Shown here one piece after another: positions 39,401-50,900 of a stretch of 64,000 nt of DNA. This DNA comes from Octopus vulgaris (taxonomy: Eukaryota). The translations under genes and the position numbers were made by a program. The stretch lies in contig OX597819.1 in the NCBI GenBank assembly GCA_951406725.2, positions 930,001 to 994,000 on the forward strand, read 5' to 3'. Under the pieces are notes generated by a model that saw nothing but the letters and a program-made list of their open reading frames with translations, had not been told where the DNA came from and ran no database searches. Within the stretch, counting starts at the first letter, position 1, and each line of letters begins with the position of its first letter.

Positions 39401-42400
39401 ATTACCTCCAAAATGAATGACAGCAACCTGGCTATACCCATTAAAATCATCATGACTGATTTTAATGGATGTGGTGGGCAACAGTGAGGGTTTCTCTGGT
39501 ATACTTAGAGGTTATAGCTCTAGTAAATGAAATGAAGAGTGAGTACTTAGGCACAAATGATCTTACCATTTGTGATACAAACTTCAAGAAACTGGCCAGC
39601 CAGCTTATTAGAGACCAATCAGATGCACACACAAACCAGATGGACTTTGCACTTGCGAAAAAAAAAGGGGGGGGGGATAGCCCGTTTAGAATACCAAGTC
39701 TATTCCATATGAATAAATTAGTACTATTTAACATAGACTGGTGACTAGTGACTTTAAAGTAAGAGCTCAATGGATTCAGAGACCTAGAAACAGAAGACAA
39801 TCTGGAAGCTGAATGTGCTAATAACCAACAAAAGTTTTCAGAGATGTATTAACTGATGCGTATGAAAAGTAGAGGACAGCTGCAAGTTTCTATGGTATAA
39901 TCAACTGAGGGCATTGGATCCAATTTGTTGAGATGCCCACTTCTTTTAAAATTCATATGTAGAGTTGCCTACAATATGAATATTTTTTTGGCTTTTGTAC
40001 TTGATGGTGGGGAATTAATATTCTTGAAACTAAAGTATAATTGCAGAATATTCTTAAAAGCAATCAGGTTGTCAGTTATTCTAAAAACTGGTTTAATGTC
40101 AGTAGTTGAAGTATATTAAAAACGTTTTTAAGGGACTTATATTTACCTGGCATAAGCAGCTGAACTAAGACGTTTATTGGGCCTATAAAGAAAACAGCAG
40201 GCATAATTTAAAATCATTGAAGCCAAAATAACATTTTCAAGTATGTATTTCAATTAAAAGAGATATTTCAAAAGATTAGTGAAATAATTTTAAATATGAT
40301 ACCCTCACGAAATGAAGTAAGGATCATACAAACAGTAAGAACAATCTGGTTAATAAAATACAATCTGTCTAGACATTTTAGTTATGGAATATTTTAATCA
40401 CTTATTAAAGTATTTTAAACATGTGCTCCGACATGGCCTATGTCATGATGGCTAAAACAAATCAAAGAATACAAAATTATTTCAAAATGTTCCAGAAAGA
40501 TCTAATACCATCTTTCATTTGATAATGAAACATTAGCCTAATTATGTAATGTAGGTGGATGCTATAAAGAAAGAAGACACTATCCGGAGTAAGCGCCGTT
40601 TTCAGCAAATTTAGACCATGACTAACTCACAATTGGACCTACGAGAGACGTTCAATAAGTAATGCCTCTGACCCACTTGCAGTTGTTTGATCTAGCTGAA
40701 ATTTTGCATGTGCAATCATTTATATCTCTATAGAGTAAGTGGCAAATTACAGCTCTGAATTAATTGTGGTTTCTGATTTACAGGTGTTTGAACCGAGTCA
40801 AGTGTGAAATGGAGCCTGTTGAGTGTCGAGCAGTGATCCGGTTTTTGTATTTGAAAGGACGCACACCACGGGAGACTTTTGATGAAATGAAAGTAACTTA
40901 TGGTGATGATGCCCCATCATATGACCTTGTAAAACACTGGCATCGTGAATTTAAACATGGTCGGAACTCTGTGGAAACAGCTCCCAGATCTGGTCTCCCC
41001 CTTCTGCCATTGATGAGGCATCTGTCTGTCAAGTTGAGGCTACCATTTTGGAAGATCGACGCATAACTATTCGCCAAATAGCCCATGAGGTCAAGATTAG
41101 TACCGGGTCTGTGGAAACTATCATTCATGACCATTTGCATATGCAAAAGGTGTCTGCCAGATGGATTCCCAGGTTGCTCACGCCTTTCCAGAAGCAAGAA
41201 CGCGTTGAGTGCTCGAGGATGAATTTGGAGATGTGCTAAGAAGATGAGTCAAAATTTTTCAAAAGACTGATTACACAGGATGAAACCTGGGTCCATCACC
41301 AAGATCCAGAGACCAAAGCCCAGTCAATGCAGTGGAAGCACCATGACTCACCTCCTCCAAAGAAGACAAGGGTGCAGCCCTCCGCTGGCAAGGTCATGCT
41401 CACAGTCTTCTGGGACCAGAACGGAGTAGTGATGACAGATTTCCTGGCAAAGGGTACCACAATTACAGGAGCCTATCATGCTTTACTTTTGAGGAAATTA
41501 AGAGAAGCTATCAAAACCAAGAGGCGGGGCAAGATCAGCAAAGGCATCCTCCTCCTGCAGGACAACGCTCCGGTCCACAACTCGCTTGTCGCCAGATCAG
41601 AAGCACAAGCGTATGGCTATGAACTCCTCCTCATCCCCCCTACTTTCCTGACCTTGCACCCTCTGATTTTCACCCCTTCCCAAACATGAAGTTGTTTTTG
41701 AAAGGAAAGCGTTTCCCAGATGATGCAGCCTTGATTTCTGAAGTCACGTTGAGGTTGGAGGACCAAGCTGGGTTCTTCTACAAAAACGGTCTCCAGAGCC
41801 ACATCAAACGATGGGAGAAATGCGTAACTCTGGGTGGTTCCTATGTAGAAAAAGACTAACCACTGTGCCAAGTTTTGTTGCTCTACTGCTATGGGAAGTG
41901 GGTCAGGGGCATTACTTATTGAACGCCCCTCGTACTTCATTTACACTGCTAAATTTTTCAGAAGATCGCAAAAGACATAAATAACTATCTGATGAGACTT
42001 TCATGGTGGTTAATTAAAAAGTCTCAATAAGTTTTTTTCTGTTTTTTTTTTTTTTAGAATGCAATTAGAATGCAATAACAGGTCAAATAAAGCTTCGTGT
42101 TTTTAACCTGTTGCTTGAAAATTTAAAAGCTATAGTTCCCATTTAAAATCTAATACAGCTTGTTGAATGAGAGCGGTAAGGCTACTGCATTGAGCCTGTC
42201 CAGTCATGACGATCCCAGATAATGTAGCAGGCATTGGTAAATTCTCTGGGAACCAAATTTACAACTCAGTTTCCTTGTTTTTTGTAAAGCACTTTCACAT
42301 ATATCACTGAATGGCTGAATGATAGGAACAAACATCGCAATTATATATTTCCCTATACTTATTAATGCCGAACCAAGGTTTTATAATAGGAATTGTCATC

Positions 42401-45400
42401 TCAGTGTAGTAAGCGCTCTCCAAACGAAATCCAATATTTGTATTCTAAGTCTTAGCTACTTCACTTGTATTTTTAAATAGTTAGGAAAAGCATGAATTCA
42501 CAAATCTTAATTCCACCTTCTTGAGTAAAAGTAAGAAAAAAAAAACACTGATTAATTAATTTCTTTCTTTGAATAATCATGAATTTAAACAACTTCAAAA
42601 ATGCTATTATCATAGTTATTCTTGGAGACAATATGCATAAAAGGAAAAAAACAACAACAAAAACCCTGAAAATTCATTATATTTCTAAAATTTCAAGTAA
42701 ATCAAAATCAACTAAGTCAAATTCATATATATGTCCAATATCTGGATATTAAAACAAATTGTTAATAGACATAGAATAATATTTTGATATAATATTATTT
42801 CAAATATTACTAAACAAATTCAATACAAAAATAAAATAAAATTTGTTCTTTATTTAAGAAAAAACAGAAACAACTATTATTCAGATACATTCAGGAGCAG
42901 CTGAATGTCTGGTATTTCAGGGATTGCATAGTAATAGTAATATTCTGAAGTGGTTGAACTAACAACTACTTGTGGTGACCAGCTGCATTTAAATATGTCT
43001 CTGGCAAAGACAGTGACTCAGTCACATGACATCAACAATTTTATAATTAGCAATTCAATGTTTTACACTTCTTGCCCCAGCAAACAAACAGACAGACAAA
43101 AAGATATTAACAACATATCTAATTCTAATTACCAATAAAGTACATTTTTAGATTGAAATGTTTAGAAATAATAGGGTAGTGAAAGCTTTGAAATAGTTAT
43201 ATCCATCTGAGTCTGTCAACCTTTCATGGTACCATGGGTACCAGCAATATACTGAAACTCAAGTTCATTATACATATCCGCTACAAATCTGTGGGCCTGT
43301 GCTATGTAAATAAATAGGAGACTAAAATGTTTCTTGTTTAGGTATTATTACTTTTTACTTGTTTCACTCGTTTGACTGTGGCTATGCTGGGGCATAGCCT
43401 TGAAGAATTTTACTCAAACAAATTCATTCCAGGACAAATTCTTTTAAAGCCTGGTACTTATTCTATTGGTCTCTTTTGCCAAACTGTTAAGTTACAGGGG
43501 CTTAAACACATCAACACCAATTGTCAAATGATGGTTGGGGGACATACACACATCAGACTTCTTTCAGTTTCTGTCTACCATAACTATTCATAAAGTTTCA
43601 GTTGGCCTGAGGCTATAGTAGAAGACACTTGTCCAAGGTGCCACACAGTGAGACTGAACCTGGAACCATGTGGTTGGGAAGCAAACTTCTTACCACATAG
43701 CCACACCTGCACCTATAAGGATAAATTTTGAAGAGGAGGAGATATAGTAAATTGACCCGAGTATATTACTTGTACTTAATGATCCCAGGAGGATCAAAGA
43801 AAAAATAAACTTTAAGAAATCAACAAACTAAATATCAAAAAAATATTTTAATTTTAAGGTGTAATTTTGAAAGAAATTCTATATAAAAATAACTACTGGC
43901 ACAATACCACATTATAGTAGAAGGATAGTTAACATCAATACTGGGGTTATTTAGCCTGGGTTGAAGGTGCATGGCTCAGTGGTTACAGCATCAGGCTCAC
44001 AATTATGAGGTAGCGAGATCGATTCCCAGACCAGGCTGTGTGTTGTTTTCTTGAGCAAGACACTTTATTTCATGTTGCTCCAGTTCACTCAACAATAGAA
44101 ATGAGTTGCGACATCACTGGTGCCAGGCTGTATCGGCCTTTGCCTGTCCCTTGGATAACATCAGTGGTATGGAGTGGAGAGGCTGGTATGCATGGGTGAC
44201 TGCTGGTCTTGCATAAACAAATGTGCTCAGACTTGTGCCTCAGAGGGTAACTTTCTAGGTGCAGTCCCATGGTCATGAATGGGAGGATGAAAGACAAAAC
44301 TGAGCATAACCTGAACTGAACACAGAACATGAAGGATCCTATGTAAATGCTGTAAAGTGCTTTGTCTACAATTCACCACCCTTCTTAATTATAACCGTAA
44401 TAGTCACAAGGTCCGAGGTATTTTTTAGTGGGGAGTGTGTGGGGGGGGGCGAGCAGCATTAGTAAATACTATGAACCTCACTATTTCACAGGTACTTTAT
44501 TCTATCAACCCTGAAAGGTGGAAGGCAAAGGTGACTTTAGCAGAATTTGAATTCAGAATGTAAAGAGCCAGAATAAATATTGCAAAGCATTTTCTGATGC
44601 TCTAACAATTCTGCAAGTTTATCACTTTCTATCAAAGTGTGTCTAATTTTGGCACAAGGCCAGCAATTGGGGTGGGGGTAAGTGGTTACATTAACTCTAG
44701 TACTTGACTGATACTATATTTCATCAACCCTTTCATCCTTACAGGATGAAAACAAAAGTCAACGTCAGGATTTGAACTTACAATGTAAAAACCTGGAACA
44801 GAAAGGGATTTTTTCTGACATTAACATTTCTGCCAACCCTAGTAGTAGTGATAGTAGTAGTAGTAAGTAATAAGTTTTGGATTAAGACATGCATGCAACA
44901 ACTTTTAGGAGAGAGGGTTAATTGATATCATTGATCCTAATACTAAAATTGTCGACTCTGGAGAGGTGGAAGGCAAAGTTGACCACAGCAGGATTTGAAC
45001 ATAGAATGTAAAGACTTGGAAGAAATACTACAAGGCGTTTTTCTAATGCTCTAATGATTTTACCATCTCACTACTTTTAATAATACTAGTAATAACAATT
45101 TGAAACATTTCATCCAAGGCAAATATCAGCCATATATGCATGAAACAGAAAATTAGTAATAGAAGACTTAGTATTTCTGATAGTGTGAATGAAGAACATT
45201 TTAAACATGCTGCCAAAGAAGTAGGACTTACTCGTGTGGAACTTGAAGAGAAGAAAGCATACTACAGCAGGATAACTTATGAAAGAAATGAGTGCCAGAA
45301 GAATTGCAGTTAAATGGGCAGTTCTACATAAACATTAAGAATATGAAAAATCATGACTCCTCATTGGAGTGACTTTGGGGTGAAGATTAAAAGAAAGAAA

Positions 45401-47917
45401 CTGAGAGGCTATTTATTCCACTATTTCATGAACAAAGACATCATATGTCCCTTAAGCCTTCCCATCTCCTAAACTGTGGCCAATCCATTTAGTCTCTGGC
45501 CAAAAGGACCTCCACTGACTTGGCTGAATTACTTTTTTTCCTCCTCTTCTAAACAACAACGGCTCTGTAAGTGATACCCTCTTAGAGAACACCTCCACTT
45601 TTGTTACTCACTTATCATCCAAATCCACACAACACAGAGTCAATCCCCTCCAAAACTTCTCCTTTCCACCCCAAATGATTCATTGCCCTACTTACACATA
45701 TGCAAAGTACGGAAACATAACCAGCCTTGTTTAAACAAACAAGGCCACTGGCCCACTCAATATCCCTTCCACTGCACTCAATACACCCTACAAGAACTCA
45801 CTTTTATACTCATCAATCTTTAATCTCAGTCTCTACTGAGATATGACATTTAGAAGCATGCATCAATGTTATTTCCAAATCAAAGCAATTCTCCTTCCAT
45901 TGCACTTCTAACACCTCCAAGGTGAATCTTCTGCCTTCAGTGACTACCAGTACATCTTCTGCACACCCAGACTCACTGGAGACCCCCAGGGGGCAATATT
46001 GTTGCAAAGCCTTTGATCATATTTGGCATGCAAATCTACAAAACCTTTCCACCAATAAGTTCTGTTCATCTCTCATCTCTTGACTCTACCTTACTTTTTA
46101 AGATAGCAAGGGTTGAATAGCTACATACATTTGTTTATTTACAAAAGAATTTTATAGTTAGGTTATCACCAGCTACACTATTAGTGTGTGAAGTAGAAAT
46201 ACCTTTTTTAACATTAATAATGCATCTCAGTAGGGGTATAGCACAGCACAACATTACAACATGAGGAAATGTCTCAAAAAGTAATCCCATAAGTAATTCT
46301 GGCATTACCAAATAATGTTACCTTCACAAAATTTGTGACTTTACAAACCTAAGAGAGAAGAGCAACTTTTCTCAGCAAAAGATCTTTATCGATAATTCAA
46401 ATTTCTTTTGCATTTGGGACTGAGCTGATATTTTGAAATATAATTTAAGAAGAAAAAATTCCTTTCAGCTATTCAATTTCAAATTTATTTCAAATTTAGA
46501 AGTAACATTTTTCTATAGTATGAAAAAACTACTGAAAAGAACAATTGATATCAACTTTGATTAAAACAACTGATATTATTTTCTTTAAGATTAACTTTTA
46601 ACATATTGGTACAAACCAAATCTCCATGACACTACATATGTCAGTCCTATACCACATGAAACCATATGAATTAGATCATGCAAGTTTACATTTGCTTTAA
46701 AGCAAGTTATCAACTCTAATCTTAAAGAGAAAACTAATTCTTTTCTCAATTTATTTCCATTCTCTAACTTTGGTCCACATGTTAGTGAAGTTTTGTAACC
46801 TTAAAAAGAATTTTTTTTATCATAAATTTCTTTGTAATATGGTGGCCAAACATTCTTTGGGCAACAACTTACTTGAAGGTTTATTTAATGAATTAATAGC
46901 AGATAAGGAGTTTCATAGATAATCAGAACAAAATATCTATTTCTTCCAAGCACACTATGATGTCTGACTTTGATTTGTTCAGTTTTTTCACCAAATGACT
47001 TGAATGAAATAATAATGGAAGAATGGTCAAACACTGAAAATGTTGCAGGTGTTATCCAAAAATATCTCCAGAAGCTGAAGCCAAATCTGTTCAGAACTTT
47101 TTCTATTAAGTTTTGATTGGAATGATCACACAACAGACTAATTTGTTTGTGGAACAAAAGGGAAACAGTTAATTTTGTTTGTACATGTATTGATGAGATT
47201 CCTGCATGCCAAAGTTTGTTGTTTCTGAAAGGAGGAATCCAGTTTACCTGTAAATTTCATAAGAAATAAGTTACAAAAAAAGGTAGAGGGAATTTTTTGT
47301 TTGTAATGTTTGTATAAATATGTCTCTAATTCTGCACATGCCCTGTAACATGAGTGTCAGAGGCACGAAGTACTCAGGATTGCGAGACTGTGTAAGAGAG
47401 AACCAAGATGCAAGTGCTGAGAAGTGTATACGGGATGATGAAGGCAAACTGACTATTGATAAAGAGAAAAAAAGTGCTGTGAAAGTGCTATTATGAGAGT
47501 CTGTTAAATGTGGGAAATGCATGGGATGAAGAAGGATAGAGAAAGTGATTAAGGGCATGGAAAAGAGGAAAGACACAGGTCAATCGGGAATAGTTGCAGA
47601 GATGCTTCAAGTATCTGGTGAGGTAGAAAATATAATTATAAGCTGGATAGTTGATCAAGATATGCAAGGTGTCATGTCATATGATTGGTGTAGAAGTATC
47701 ATTGTAAAGACACAAAAAACATTTAAACAAACAAACCCACTTTTAGTTTTGACACAATATTCAAGAAAAAATTAATTTTTCATAATAGCTGGGAAAAAGT
47801 TCAGAGAATATTTTAGTCCCTGTATAAGTTTGATATACATACACATAATATACATAAGCATATACTTAATGTACATAACACTACCATGAGATATATATAT
47901 ATATATATATATGATAG

Positions 47918-47948
<31 letters not shown>

Positions 47949-50900
47949 AGATAGATACTACCAATTCTTAATATACATACACACTATCAATTCTTAGGCT
48001 AACAGCATCATTTCGTATAACCATGAGTAATAACAAGTAAAGAAGAGGATCTAAACAGTTAAATATACAAATAACATATTCTGAAAGGAAAATGAAATGT
48101 CAAAAGATTTAATAATCAATAATTGGAACAGTAGATCTCAAAGTACATAAAGTTATAGATAAGTATATAAATATTAGGTTCAAAAACCCTTTTCGAGAGA
48201 ACAAGTCAAAGGTTTCTTACATATTATTATTTATAGCTTTATGTGCTTTGAGGCCCACTATTCCAAAATTGAACTGTTATATTTAAAGGAAAGTTTTAAG
48301 TCAAATCAATTTTAAAAGGGAAAAAACTGATATCCTTTTAGTTTGATTAATGTAATAAACATTTAAAATGATGAAGAATGATATATTAAATCTAGAAATG
48401 AAAAGCAAATCATGGCAATTTGCTATTTCTGGTATAGGTTTGTTGAATGTTATCTTGAAAACATTGAAGTTAAAAAGATTTCATCTATGTTTTGATATAA
48501 ACTGAATCAAATGTTCTTAGAGTTTGTTTGAATCAAGAACTCAATGTCTGGACATCATTCACAGATGGAATAATTATAAATTTAATTTAACTGCATTATG
48601 AAATGAGCAATTATTGTGGTAATTGTCTCAAATAAAGAACCTTCTTTCTGTCTTGTTTTATTTAATGTCATTTACAATAGTATTTATATAAGACTGAGAT
48701 CTTTGAGATAGTTTAACATATAGAAGAAAATAAGAAAACATGCATAGGAAACTTATTACCATTTATATAATTGACCAAGAAAAAGTAGGTGTGTGCCGAA
48801 GAAAATATATATAAAAAGGAAAAGCTCACAATAAAAAATAGAGCAAACAAATCCTACTTTGTTCTATCATGCTTCTTTATGTTTTGCTGTGCTGAATGTC
48901 TCAAATTACCTCAATCCTGATCAATCTTAATTCTGAGATCTAACTCCTGAGATCAGTCCTCCTCTCTTTCTACAGGCATAATAATCTTCATCTATCTGAT
49001 CACTTCAGAGCCAATGAAGTCGTGTCTCTCACATTACATTGGCTCATGTCTTTTATCAACAACTGCTTTCTCAGCACAAGTGTGGTCCACTTTTTCAGTT
49101 AATGTTCTACTCCCAACAGATTATACTTTATTACTCTCTAAGTTCAAAAGATCTATATCTAATGATTGTCTCATGACCATGTAACATCCCACTTTTTACA
49201 TAAACTTCATAGAGTTTGTCTTTACACACACAGATAGGAGCTTCCACCTCTTTTTTTCACTTCTGCAACCATACTTTCACTCAAACAGTGGGATCTATGA
49301 CAGATGACAACCCATCATTGGCTACATTATTTAATGTAGCAGTTTTGTTTTTTGCTCTGGGATGTGATGAGGACTATTTGGCTGCTATTCCTAGCTGATG
49401 CAAATACCATGTAAAGCAGGCACGAGTAACCTCTTTTGAGAAGCAGACTAAATGGAATATGGCTCATCATCAGACAGGTTACGCAACTAAAAAATTTAAA
49501 GGTAATTTTTCATTAGGTGTGCCATTCAGAAGGTCCTGTGGGCTGCAGTTTACTCATGATTGACTTAGAGGCTCCAGTATTGGCTCATGAAATCATTTTG
49601 TTTTTTTTGCATTGTCTGCATTTTGTCCAAATTAACATTATCCTCTACTAATTTCAAGGAATTCACTTTAAACTTGGCCCATTAACAATTTCCAAAGACT
49701 TTTTGGTTTCGGAGAGCAGTGTTACACAAAATAATTGTGTTGAATGTAACACTCATCTACACTTATTAACTAAACAATGAACATATTTACAAAGCCTGAT
49801 AGTTTCAAACTCACAGCAACGAGTCCTTTTTGACCTGAAGCTTTCTCCATTTCCATGACTGAATATGTTTAAAGTAACTTTAATAACCCTTTTTCTTTTG
49901 GTTGCACCAGCAGTACATTTTCACTTCCACTCATATTTCTCATAGTAATGCTTTTGCATCTCTTTCTTCACACTGTGACTAAGGACAGGATTGCCAATGA
50001 TGCTTCTTAGCCATTTTGAAACTAGCCTACCTGAGATACTGACTCTGGTTTTATGATAAAAACTTCTTGTTTTAAATTGATCTAAATTAAAACTTTCCAG
50101 ATTTCATGTTAATTCATGTTCCCAACACCAAATGGACACGGTTATTTCATTAAATTTTTCATTATTCTTTAAAAATTAACTGAAACAAAGGCTGTGTATT
50201 TCAAGAGAAATATGGTAACAAATGGGTTAATGACAACCTGCTTTATAAAGTTTCCATTCTTACATGGCAGAATATCAACAAACCTCCTGCTCTGAGCTTC
50301 TTTTCACTCATAGTTGATTATTGTGTGCTTACTGATAAGGTAGGAATTCAGCTGGAAAAATCATACTTGTGCCACCATTGGAAATAGACCAAAGTGTTGT
50401 TAGAACAATTTGCTTTACAGTCCAATACTCTTACTACTGCTAATTTTTGAACTATGAAGTAGGAGGAATCTGATGGCAGGCATACAAAAACAAATAATGT
50501 TTTGAAGTCATAACATTGTCCGTAGTCCAGTACTTTAAACTCACAACTGCATTCAACAGAAGAAATTAAATAAAAATATCTACAGCAAAGAAAAACAGCG
50601 AGAGGCTGAGGAAACAAGTGAGTGCAGTCATCAACAAAACAATTTATAAATCTTGTAAAATAAAATATATTTATGTTGAGTAAAGTGTATTCTGGTCTTT
50701 CAGATGAGACTCTTTGAATAAAAAATATGTTGGATGACAACAAATAAAGCTGAGGATTTTTTAAAAAATCCATTTATTTCAAAGAAGAATACTGTTATCT
50801 TCATAGCAAATTCAACTTATAGGTCCCCCTATCATAATAAAGATCAACACAAACAGTACCCAATTTCCCAGCCTACAAGTCCTTTTTAATCTATTCTTTC

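Noticed and set aside
41989-42030. Hammerhead ribozyme (CTGATGA followed by a stem)
   Set aside because: Stem GACTTT/AAAGTC is followed by TCAA, not the required GAAA; no stems I/III found.
42130-42132. A-to-I recoding of the uORF TAG to Trp to extend into the gene
   Set aside because: Read-through reaches the donor in phase 1, incompatible with the phase-2 acceptor at 40182.
43963-44035. tRNA gene (also 1658 and 62599)
   Set aside because: Box A/B present but no closed acceptor stem, and the sequence continues into a shared SINE body.
46873-47247. Extra coding exon ending at a GTAAGT donor near 46872
   Set aside because: All three frames have stops shortly before the donor, and none fits the phase-2 acceptor.
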